In this document: piece by piece, positions 18,415 through 28,100 of the stretch
How positions within the stretch are numbered: the stretch's first letter is position 1
Layout: each line of letters opens with the position of its first letter
Source of the DNA: Oculina patagonica
Taxonomy: Eukaryota
Length of the DNA: 64,000 bases
Direction: 5' to 3'
Assembly (NCBI RefSeq): GCF_052425735.1
Contig: NC_135764.1
Coordinates: forward strand, 10,354,001-10,418,000
Translations under genes and position numbers: made by a program
The notes under the pieces: model-generated
What the model was told of the DNA's origin: nothing
The model's database searches: none
Seen by the model: the letters and a program-made list of their open reading frames with translations, nothing else

Positions 18415-18909
18415 ATGTCCCTACTAAACGGGTCGAAGACGAACTTGGATCCAGACCTGTTACACAGATTGGACGGATTGTATACCTTTTACCACAAAAA
18501 GTGGTGGTGTCATCGTCAAATGTTTTACCATTTTAAGTGGTGTCATGCTTCATTGAACGCTTTGGCTTTATTCATCGTGGCAGCGGGTGTCATTGCGGGT
18601 TCCCTTACAGAAAATAGTGTTATTGTGGCATGCCTAACTTCAGCTGGGACTGTCGTCAAGGGCTGGAACGATTTCAAGAAATATTCGTTCAAAGTGGACG
18701 TATGTCGTTTTGCCTACACCAGCTACGACAAGACGTTGATCGAATTGAGAACGTACGCGCGCGGTCTTCCGATGGACGAACTAGAAGGATTCTTGATCAA
18801 GATGCAAACTCTAGATGACACGATCACCGATTTCACGCCGCCCGTGGCCGACAAGTACGTGCAAGCGTACGAACGACAACACGATAAATCCGAAGGTACC
18901 CCCGTCTGA
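18415..18909 (+). CDS. Two-transmembrane protein, SLATT-like architecture
   Basis: Hydrophobic hairpin LNALALFIVAAGVIAGSL / VIVACLTSAGTVV followed by the helix FKKYSFKVDVCRFAYTSYDKTLIEL. Confidence 0.65.
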   Translation: MSLLNGSKTNLDPDLLHRLDGLYTFYHKKWWCHRQMFYHFKWCHASLNALALFIVAAGVIAGSLTENSVIVACLTSAGTVVKGWNDFKKYSFKVDVCRFAYTSYDKTLIELRTYARGLPMDELEGFLIKMQTLDDTITDFTPPVADKYVQAYERQHDKSEGTPV

Positions 18910-18927
18910 AGTGACAGTTATGGTAGG

Positions 18928-19149
18928 ATGGGAAGAACGAAACGTAAGGCCAGAAGAAAGAGGCAGCGAGGTGGGGCTCTCGCGAGACGTAAACATCGTT
19001 TGGTGGACAAGATAGCCGAGGGGGCCAGCATGTTTCTCTCGGGTCCTTCACCCACATTCTTCACGTTGGGTGGTAAATTGGCCAGTCAAGGATTTAAAGG
19101 GATAATGGATAATGTAAATCATTATAGACGTAGACCGCGACGACGATAG
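18928..19149 (+). CDS. Small Arg-rich protein with QRGG motif
   Basis: MGRTKRKARRKRQRGG-ALARR...GGKLASQGFKGIM...RRRPRRR. Confidence 0.7.
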   Translation: MGRTKRKARRKRQRGGALARRKHRLVDKIAEGASMFLSGPSPTFFTLGGKLASQGFKGIMDNVNHYRRRPRRR

Positions 19150-19153
19150 GACC

Positions 19154-19360
19154 ATGAGGAGAAAGAAACGTGTGACGCAAAGGCGGAGACGTGCTGGCAG
19201 GAGAAGAATAGGACAGAAGGGTGGTATTTTACCCTTAGCAGCCTTGATACCAGCTTTGATCGCGGGTGGAAAAGCAATCGCTTTGGGTGCTGCATCGGGT
19301 GCTGCAGGTTGGGGTGCAAAGAAAGCCTTGGATGCAGCCACTCGAAAGAAAAAGAGATAA
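19154..19360 (+). CDS. Adenovirus pX(mu)-like core protein
   Basis: Arg-rich N-terminus, then QKGG-ILPLAALIPALIAGG, resembling the pX xxGG-FLPALIPIIAAA pattern. Confidence 0.7.
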   Translation: MRRKKRVTQRRRRAGRRRIGQKGGILPLAALIPALIAGGKAIALGAASGAAGWGAKKALDAATRKKKR

Positions 19361-19428
19361 AAACACTATAAGAGGATGGGGGCATTGGGCGTCACCGGTA
19401 GTTACAACAGACTGCATTCTGTGACAAG

Positions 19429-19632
19429 ATGGTGCGAGGAAGAAAGATAGTAAGGAGAAGACGAAAACAACCTAAAAGAGGACCCGTGTGGAGAGGAGAG
19501 GGTTTATTGGACATACTCAAGTTTGCCGGCAAGTTGGGTTATAAATTGGGAAAGGACAAACGCTATAAGAGGATGGGGGCAAAGGGCGTCACCGGTAGTT
19601 ACAACCGACGTCCAGCCCCGTGGGAAGTATGA
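19429..19632 (+). CDS. Small basic protein with WRGEG motif and an antimicrobial-peptide-like amphipathic helix
   Basis: WRGE-GLLDILKFAGKLGYKLGK. Confidence 0.7.
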   Translation: MVRGRKIVRRRRKQPKRGPVWRGEGLLDILKFAGKLGYKLGKDKRYKRMGAKGVTGSYNRRPAPWEV

Positions 19633-19964
19633 ATCGATTACGTCGACAGCGTCCGTTCTTGGAGAGCATTCTGAGAGAAGCCAATCGGTTCAAGCGAGAA
19701 GAGATGTTACAGCACGCCAACGCCGATCAGATCAACGCCGTGAGTGAGATGGTATTGAATTTGCTCAAGAACCGCATTCCGCTCAGTCCACCGATCACCG
19801 CCAAGCTGCGACGATATAAGAAGGTCTTGCGCGAACTGGGTAAGCGCAGAAACTCGTTGAAGAGAAGGCGAGAAGGTCTCCTGTCACAGAAGGGTAGCGG
19901 GTTTTGGAAAGGACTGCAACAGATCTACCAAGCATGTCTCTGCAAAACACCCTCCAGACAATGA
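19629..19964 (+). CDS. Maverick-type small basic protein
   Basis: INAVSEMVLNLLKNRIPLS...KLRRYKKVLREL...SLKRRR...QKGSGFW, a pattern I recall from other Mavericks; ATGA overlaps at both ends. Confidence 0.75.
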   Translation: MNRLRRQRPFLESILREANRFKREEMLQHANADQINAVSEMVLNLLKNRIPLSPPITAKLRRYKKVLRELGKRRNSLKRRREGLLSQKGSGFWKGLQQIYQACLCKTPSRQ

Positions 19965-20296
19965 TGAAAATGTTACGCGAATCGGCGGACAGAGAAGCAG
20001 AGTGGGAAAAAAGAGCAGACCATTGGCACAAAGCCTACGCCCGCGTCAATCATGACTATTTGGCTTTAAAATACGACGCAGAGTGCGAAGATTGCATTCG
20101 AGAGAGGCAAGAGACTCCGGAAGGAAAGACCCTAGTACTGTGCAAGGAGTGTAGCGACAAGTGTACATCGAGAAGCGACTTGAAAAGGTGCATAGACAAG
20201 TTAGAAGAGGAAGTTCGTTACTGGCAAGGGTGTTACGAAAGCTTGTTAGAAGAATACTTCAAAGATGACCGAGGAAGTCGTGATGGTTCCCGCTAA
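19961..20296 (+). CDS. Hypothetical coiled-coil protein with CxxC...CxxC
   Basis: CEDC...CKEC flanked by heptad-like helices; the ATG overlaps the upstream TGA. Confidence 0.6.
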   Translation: MMKMLRESADREAEWEKRADHWHKAYARVNHDYLALKYDAECEDCIRERQETPEGKTLVLCKECSDKCTSRSDLKRCIDKLEEEVRYWQGCYESLLEEYFKDDRGSRDGSR

Positions 20297-20864
20297 AGAC
20301 TTGAATCGTTTGGTGCAATATTACAAAGGCGAAATCACGGACAATGCATTGTTGAACAAAGCGGCTCGCATAGCAGCCGAAAGTCACTTGCTGTTAAAAG
20401 ATAAATCCGTTCCCGACGGTATCGCCGTGGCACGAGTGAAACCTCTCGCTCGCGAACGGGCTCGTTTGACCAAACGGATACGTCAATTTCCCATGGGAGG
20501 AGTAACAGCCAGACGGCCGGGCGAAGAAGCGGAGGAGGAGGAGGAGGAGTTGGAGAATGTAGGTTTGGTGACGGGACCCGTGGAGACCATGTTGAAACAA
20601 CTCATAAAAGGGAGTGCCAAGAAATCACCTCCCACAGTCACCCCGAAGGCGACAAAGAAAGCAAAAACGGCACCTGCGGGCAAACCGACATTGGCAGAGA
20701 GATTCAAGAGTTTAGAAGAGAAACTAAAGACGAGGAAAAAGCCAGCTGTGCGGAAAACGGAAGCCGAGAAACTGAAACCATTACCCGGTTGGGAAGATTG
20801 GGCCAAAGGCAAAAAGTTGAGACGAAAATTGGAGTATGACGAAGACCAAGAAGAAGAGGACTGA
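20265..20864 (+). CDS. Hypothetical protein (199 aa) with acidic and Lys-rich tracts
   Basis: Long ATG ORF in the packed block. Confidence 0.7.
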   Translation: MTEEVVMVPAKDLNRLVQYYKGEITDNALLNKAARIAAESHLLLKDKSVPDGIAVARVKPLARERARLTKRIRQFPMGGVTARRPGEEAEEEEEELENVGLVTGPVETMLKQLIKGSAKKSPPTVTPKATKKAKTAPAGKPTLAERFKSLEEKLKTRKKPAVRKTEAEKLKPLPGWEDWAKGKKLRRKLEYDEDQEEED

Positions 20865-21201
20865 AAAAAAGACGACACGGCGACGACAACGCGGACGTGG
20901 GATCGACATTCAGAAGTGGCTCGGCAAGACTGGAATCGAATTTCACTGGCCCGGTTATCAGTACATGGGTCCCGGAACCAAATTGGCAAAGCGATTGAAA
21001 CGCGGGGACCCGGGCATCAATCGATTGGACAAGATCGCCAAACAGCACGACATCGATTACAGTCACGCCAAGAATCTAAAGGACAAGTGGAAAGCCGACG
21101 AGAAAATGATTAAAGCCATCAACAAATTACCTGGAAGTAAAACCACGACGGAACGCATCGTCAAACGAATCATGCAAGCCAAGAAAAAGTTGAAACTTTA
21201 A
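20836..21201 (+). CDS. Parvovirus VP1u-type phospholipase A2 protein
   Basis: PGYQYMGPG (Ca-binding loop) and LDKIAKQHDIDY (HDxxY catalytic motif), preceded by RQRGRG; AATAAA at ~21215. Confidence 0.9.
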   Translation: MTKTKKKRTEKKTTRRRQRGRGIDIQKWLGKTGIEFHWPGYQYMGPGTKLAKRLKRGDPGINRLDKIAKQHDIDYSHAKNLKDKWKADEKMIKAINKLPGSKTTTERIVKRIMQAKKKLKL

Positions 21202-21415
21202 TGTTGTTGAACACAATAAAGACGTGGTTAAACGTTTACATGTTGTCGTATGTGCATTCGATCACCGACTTGAGCAAACAAACAAAACTCTCGTACTCGT
21301 TCCCAGTACACCCGAGAAAGGGGGATACCCCCATCCCCCCTCTCTCACGTGATTTTTTAAAAAATAGCTTCACAAGCGTGTGTTTTCTCAGAATCGCCGA
21401 CCTAGAAAAAGCAAT

Positions 21416-22105
21416 GTAGACTCATCTGCGCATGCGTTTAGTGCAAAGTATTGAGTTCCAGATACCACAAGGACAGTATGGCACTTTGTGAACCATATCT
21501 ATAGGATGGTGGTCTTGCTAACTTTGTACACGTTCATTCCCAGGGTGCGCGGCCACTAGGGCTTAGGGAACATTGACACAAGGAAAAAAAAATATCCCCA
21601 GCGAGGACTCGAACCTCGATTGCCTACCTCAGCGGCAGGAGTGATACCCGTTACACTACCGGGGCTTTAGGACCACTTGTTACCGTTTTTTAGTGTCTTG
21701 TACCTTAACATAAAAAACCTGTTATTAAAAAACCTGTTTTTACACCTATTTTCTTGTCTTGTCGTTTTTTTCCGCGCGAGGACTGGAACCGAGTTCATTC
21801 TAACCGTCCGGGGCCTGGGACCGACACTCCAAACACCCTGGGGCCGACTCCTATGACGTCATCACACCCCTAAGTCACGTGGTTTTCCCTTTTACGCCTA
21901 TTTTCTTGTCTTGTCGTTTTTTTTTTCGCGCAAGGACTGGGGCGAGCGCTTTTGGCCGCCGGGGCCTGGAACCCACACTCGGACACCCTGGGACCAACTC
22001 TTATGACGTCATCCACATCCTAGTCACGTGATTTTCTCTTCTACGCATGCGCAGAAATGCTGCTCTGTGATTGGTTGTGCCCGTGCGTAAGCGCCCTTTA
22101 CTACT
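21416..22105 (-). repeat. Right terminal inverted repeat of the Maverick
   Basis: Reverse complement of 2159-2847. Confidence 0.97.
21594..21665 (-). tRNA. tRNA-like Pol III gene, anticodon CTG, right TIR copy
   Basis: Exact reverse complement of 2598-2669, followed on the minus strand by T9. Confidence 0.8.
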
Positions 22106-22940
22106 CGCGACGCTGCAATTTCCATTTATAAACCGCTTCTACAAGTTATCACACCTTTGCTGTTTTAATAGACCTCAAATCGTTGCTAATTATGAATAGA
22201 AATAATTTACGTTAAGTTTAAAAAGATGCGTGTCGCTATTTTTTCCCAGCAGAAATTCGCTTGGAAAAGCAGATTTTGTTCTAAACAAAGTTCAAAACAG
22301 ACCGTCATTTCGTTATTTACAGAGAACCATTGATTTTTTTGTTATCCTGTTTAGGAAATACATGATCAGACTCGTTTTAATTTATGTGTTTTCATGTTCA
22401 TAAGCAATGGAGGGATCAATTCATTTTATCCGAGAATGCGTCCAAATAAATCGGTTTTTTATATGTCAATAGACAAATAAAAAACATCTTAAAATGTTTT
22501 AGTTTTTTGGAGCACTTAGTACATTATCTCCGGGAAGAAACAAGACGAGACTTAATGTTTTCACTACTTGATAAACGCTGACTGACGAACTGCTATTCGC
22601 CGCACTATTTAGAAACGTAGACATGTTTTAATCTGTTTTGTTGTCAATGAACTGCGTTAAACGCGCTGACAAAGAGTATACTCGATTCGTGAAATTGTAG
22701 ACTTAATAGCGAACAGAATCTAAAATTCAAGCGGATATATTAATTCAAACCTTCCCGCTCTGAACCTTTTTCGATTCTCTTTATACTTTTGATGTTATAA
22801 TGTTTGGTTTTTGTTACCCGCCCGATCGAAGCCCTGTTTCCCAAAGAACTTTATTTAATTTTAAATGGTTAAGTGGACAAAAGAATGTTGATCATGACTT
22901 TCATAGATTTGGTGGCTCCTAAAGGAGCCGTTTTTATGTT

Positions 22941-23953
22941 TTAATGTTTGGTTGCTGCACCTTGGGCCTCCACCACAGCTGGAATCGCCTTGTACAAAAC
23001 ATGGTCGATATATTTTGCACACTTCTCTGGCGTTACTTTCCTCGCCCAGAACTTCTTGATGCCTTCAACCAGTTCTTGCTTGTTGCGTGGCTTGACTTTT
23101 GACTCCAAGTAAAACTTCAACTCATGCCACAGGTTTTCGATGGGATTGAGGTCAGGACTTTCCGGGGGACAACGCCACCAGTTGATGTTTTTCTCCTCGA
23201 AGAAGGCCCGCGCTCGCCGAGACGTATGTTTCGGGTCGTTATCCTGAGTAAACCGGTGATCAGGAAGCTTTTCTCGGACGAAGGGCACGAGTGTAGTATC
23301 CAAGACGTTGCAAAAGAGATCAGCATCCATGATACCATCAAAGATGCAAATCTTTGTGGCACCATGTTTGCTGATTCCCGCCCAGACATGAACTTTGAGG
23401 GGATGTTTTGGTTTGGGCTTTCGCTTCATCGGCTCGTCGACCTTTCTGTAGCAGGTGCGCCGGAACTGCTGTAGGGAAATAGTGCTCTCGTCGCTAAAAA
23501 TTACATCATGAAAATCATCACGACTCTCCAAGACGCGTTGAGCAAACTCTAACCGCTTGACCTTGTTTGCCTCTCGGATGAGTTGACAATATGCGGTGCG
23601 CTGTAGAGTCCACCCCAGTTCCTTTCTACATCTTCGCACGGTACATGAATTCACGACGACGCCATGTTTTGCAAGCCTCTTTTGGATTTGGCGACTTGTT
23701 GTCTCGTCGTCTTTGCGCATTTGCTGATCTATAAAAGCCTTAGCTTCTACAGACAGCTTTGTCGGTCTTCCGGAACGCGACAGATTTGCCATGGATCCGG
23801 TAGTTTTCAGCTTCTTGATGATGCGAACGACGCTAGCAAGGCTGACAGTTAAATCTTCGGATTTCAATGACTTGAGGATTCCAGCTGGGCGGAGACCTTG
23901 CTTGTGAAGAATTTCAATACGAGTCCTCGTATAACTTGAAAAACTTTTGGCAT
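22941..23953 (-). pseudogene. Tc1-family DD34E transposase with an apparent 1-nt frameshift near the start
   Basis: RSGRP, FSDES, QDNDPKH-(34 aa)-SPDLNPIE. The long frame extends upstream as SSYTRTRIEILHKQGL, but the ATG at 23953 (ATGCCAAAAGTTTT) is out of frame by 1 nt. Confidence 0.88.
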
Positions 23954-24378
23954 GATTACCGTTAGTGTTCTTCGAAGCAAATGACTTTTAACTACCAAAT
24001 GGCTGATACTAAACGAAACTGTTGCTATGGTAGCAAACAAAGCACAGAGCCTGTAAAGGGGACTGGGCTACATCGGGAAACATCGTGTGTGTTTACATAC
24101 AGTTATCATGGCGTTCGACAAAAAAAGTTTGCTTTCGAATGAGTAACAACTAGTTTTTGTTAGAATTGGGATGCTTATGATTTGTGGAATCGCTTTGACA
24201 GTTAAGTTCCTGCTGGAAACTAGCCAGGTGAGTTTGTTTTAACCTTTGGTATAGATTGTGACATGAATTTACAAAAAAAAATCGCCCATGTTTTTAAGCT
24301 AGCTGTGGAGAACGTAAGATTGTGTATTTCTCTTACAGCGAACTTTGCCGTAAAAGCAAACACCGACAGAAAGAAATG

Positions 24379-24590
24379 TCGCGCGAATGTTCGCAGCGAA
24401 TTGTCGAGGTGAGCGAAGTATCGCGCGAAAGGTCGCAGCGAATTGTCGAGTTGAGCGAAATGTCGCGCGAAAGATCGAAGCGAATTGTCGAGGTGAGCGA
24501 AGTATCGCGCGAAAAATCGCAGCGAATTGTCGAGGTGAGCGAACTATCGCGCGAAAGATCGCAATGAATTGTCGAGGTGAGCGAACTATC
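24379..24590. repeat. Five 42-bp tandem subterminal repeats of the Tc1 element
   Basis: Units TCGCGCGAAAxxTCGCAGCGAATTGTCGAGGTGAGCGAAxTA at 24379, 24421, 24463, 24505 and 24547. Confidence 0.9.
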
Positions 24591-24744
24591 ACTTCGACAT
24601 TTCGCGCAGTTCCAAACAATAGGTGTCACGATAATTCGCTGAAATTTCGAAGAAATATCGCATCGCGCGAAATTTCTTCGAAAAGCTCCGAAAAGCCAGG
24701 AAATTCGTCGAAATTCGTTTGCATAACTTTTGCACAATACTGTA

Positions 24745-24784
24745 GATAGCCAATGAGGCGCGTAGCGCCTCGTTGGCTATAACG

Positions 24785-24818
<34 letters not shown>

Positions 24819-24983
24819 TTTTATTAAAACGCCCAAAGAAGTGCAATATTTTAGCTCCCAAGCTGTTTTCGTTGACACGTATCGGCTACCATATTTTGGT
24901 CAATGGTATATGAGCTCATATACCATTGCCTGTTAACCAATCAAAACGCAGGAATTGCAATATACCATTGCTAGTTTTTAATA
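24745..24983. repeat. Partial interspersed repeat/MITE; same family as 40858-41733
   Basis: GAGGCGCGTAGCGCC...TCTCATATCCAACAAGCGCGAGTGGAATAATTG...GCTAGTTTTTAATAAT is shared with 40915-40941 + 41525-41733. Confidence 0.8.
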
Positions 24984-25192
24984 ATGGTCAGTATATATCG
25001 GATCTTTCACCTTTAATCCTTTAAGTTCCAATATCCACATACAAATTCTCCTGACTGGTGTCCATACATTTTTTAAGTTTTAGTTGGGAGAATTTGTTTA
25101 AAGATCAAAACAATTGGCTTGGTAATCACTTTATTAATTCTCGTAAACTTTTCTCCGTGCGCATTTTCACGAAAATAAGTATTTTAACGTAC

Positions 25193-28100
25193 CTCCTCGT
25201 GCCTTGACTCTCTTGATCTTTCCAACCTCTTTTAAACTTTCGCCAAATTCGTTTGTTGCCGTAATCACAAATTCGTATGCCTTGCTTTTCTTCAACTCAA
25301 CTTTCAATTCTCTAACTGAGACATCTGTAACTGTCTTTAACTTGAACCACTGTCCTGGTTTACCATTAGTTACTCTTCTTTGATACACAGTGTACTGTGT
25401 GATTGCTTTTCCATTATTTTCTGGCTCAATCCACTTGAGAGATATCGTGTTATCTGTTACTTCACTGGCCGGATCGTAAACTGTCGCTGCTTCTGGGACT
25501 CCTTAATTAAATAAAAATAAATATTATTATTATAACCTCATCCACACTAACCCGGAGCTTTCGCCCCGAAAACGGATAAAATGCTTTCGAAAAGCTCCGT
25601 TTTGGGTCGTCCACACTACACCACGCCGCCGCCTCCTCCTCCTCCTCCTCGATCGTTCAGTCCGACGGGCCGCCATCTTTATCTTAACTCTCCCCAGTTT
25701 TCGCTCGCGTGTGTAAACCAAGATGGCGGCCCGTCGGACTGAACGATCGATCTCTACGCCTTCACGGAAAAATAGGGGACTGTGAACAGTCTACTGCTGT
25801 CTAAGACGAAACAACTTTAACAACACAATTTTCTATTATGAAATCTTCTTTGAGATTGCTATATATGGCTGGTTTAATTATTTGTTACAAAAGGTCCTAT
25901 AATACCAATAGGTAAGCAATATGCGACAATTGACAAGTCTCTACCTTCATACTTAGTCTTAACTGCTTCTTCTTCAGCGGGTCCCTCAAAAACGGCATTC
26001 CTGGCAAACACCTTCACAGTGTACTCGTTATCTCTCGAAAGACCTCCAACAGACAGAATTCTTGTACCAGAGTTAGTTATATTTACATTCTTTATCTCAA
26101 TGTCACCCTTTGCTACGATCACGCCGTATGCTGTAATAGGACTCCCTCCATCATCAGCTGGTGCAGTCCATTTTACTGATAGTGAAGTGGCTTGGATGTC
26201 TGATGGAACGATAATCGGGGAGCTTGGTTTCTCTGCGAAAAGAAATGTACACAACATAAATTCTGAAAAATTCAAATAAAAGCTATTGCCAAGGCTATTG
26301 TAACAATTACCTGCAGCTGAAAAATTCTTTACGCCAGTGTTCCTTCAGGCTGTTTACGAATTCCATTATATTAATATACTAAAGCAAAATCAGCCTAGTC
26401 CGCATAAAAAGGCTTGATTAAACGCCTGCCGTCGAGAATTTCCACCGAATGTTGACGTTGCGTTACTTTGGTTAAATCTACTCAACAAGGAATGATTGAA
26501 GTTACGCTCATTTTTTAAAAAAAGAAATCAACGTCAGTAAAAAAAATCTCGATGATTTGGTAAGTGCAGAATGCAATATGGAACAATTGAAAGTATGTTG
26601 TTTTATATATGTTCGTGTTTATTTGCTTTATTTTACTTTCGGAAAAACTGTTCACAGGCTACTTGTATTCTTTCCCAGGTGTTCCTTACGCTAATCTTTG
26701 CAAACGTAACACGACACTTTTGTTCGTTTGTAACAAAATACTTTTGTCTTCCTTGAAAATGCGATAACATGAAACTTTTGTTTTTTGTTTGTTTTACGGC
26801 GGCATCGATGACATTTGTTTAATTTAATTAAGTTACGGTTTAGACTGCACGAAAGACGATTCTCAAAAACTAAAGAAACAAATCTAATCAAAAAACATAT
26901 TTTTCGACAGGTTTTTTAAAACGCAGTACAGCTAGGATATTTGTTTCCTGGTTATCAGGTGTTCACGCCGAAAATCCCGGTGCAAGTTTTTGCATACCTA
27001 ATTACGAAAGCGCCGTGAAAGTCTCAAAATCTAATTTAATTAATTTGCGGTTTTTACTTGGCGCCAAGAAGTCTGCAGGAAGCCTACCGCAAACACGCAA
27101 TACAAGCGATGTTCATGATAGTTCCAGAAAACAACGTAGACTAATCTGCGCATGCGTTTGGTGTAAATTACGTTGAGTAGTACCACAAGGAGAGCAAAGG
27201 GTTTTCTGAAACAAATATATACGTTTGAGATCTTCATGTGAAAGTAACGTAGATGTGCTCCAGGTTTTACCTAGGGGTACGGTCAGGTGCTCCCCACCCC
27301 CACCCCCTCCACAAGGAATAATTAATTAATTGATATTAATTAATTAATTGGTGATTAAAAGTTTACACCATAGTGCTTTAGCGCCTGAGGGGTTTAGCAA
27401 ACGACAACCCACCAAACCATCACAATAGTGCATTCTGCACTAAAAATACAATTTCGAAATAACTACAAACATCACTTACTGATTTGTTTTACTTTTACTA
27501 TATTGTAATGAGCAGTAGTGAGTCCATTGTCAGCGGTGCACTTGTAATCACCAAAATCTTGATCCTCGTTCATCTTTACATTTACTATGTTTTGCGAAGC
27601 TGTGACGCTGTTTATTTGACTTCCATAAGGGTTGTACCAGGTAAGTGTTGGTGTAGGAATACCATCTGACACACAGTTCAACGTTACTGTCTGACCAACC
27701 CATGACTTAGCACCTGATGCGGTGACTTGTTGTATTAATGCCGCGTCTGAAAAATAAATATGACATCGAAAATAATACTAAGGACAGATAATGATGGCCA
27801 GTAACAATATGAATATTTCATTTCCGACAAGTTAAGCACCCTAAGCCACCAAGGGCATAAAGGGTTGATAATTCGACAAATCCTAATTGTCGAAGGAAAA
27901 GGTAGATCTATGTGTGAAACGACAAAATTAATGAACATTACAAAGACATGCGGCTTGTTCGTAGTCAAACCTACAATAATTCAGTCCTTCGTTGAACCCT
28001 CTTTTAGTGATATGATTTTTTAGAGGCAGCTGACTAGTGGTAGTGAGGAGCCAGGGTTGGAAGCTGTATCAGGAATCGCTCGCAAATGTTGTAAGTGGGA

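Larger units (their letters stand above)
2159..22105. mobile_element. Full-length Maverick/Polinton (adintovirus-like endogenous virus), 19,947 bp
   Basis: Begins AGTAGTAAAGGG and ends CCCTTTACTACT; flanked by CGCGAC at 2153-2158 and 22106-22111 (6-bp TSD); ~690-bp TIRs; uninterrupted ORFs for pPolB, integrase, penton, MCP, protease and ATPase. Confidence 0.98.
22112..24742 (-). mobile_element. Tc1-like transposon, 5' part; other end not in the window
   Basis: The minus strand from 24744 reads TA|CAGTATTGTGCAAAAGTTATGC (Tc1-type terminus with TA). I found no matching inverted copy in 1-24700. Confidence 0.7.

Noticed and set aside
20131-20151. Possible Rb-binding LxCxE motif (LVLCKE)
   Set aside because: The spacing is VLCKE, not LxCxE, and the Cys belongs to a CxxC pair.
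24299-24749. Repeat array resembling a CRISPR, and repetitive ORFs on both strands
   Set aside because: Contiguous 42-bp units without unique spacers, no cas genes, eukaryotic context; the ORFs simply reflect the stop-free repeat.
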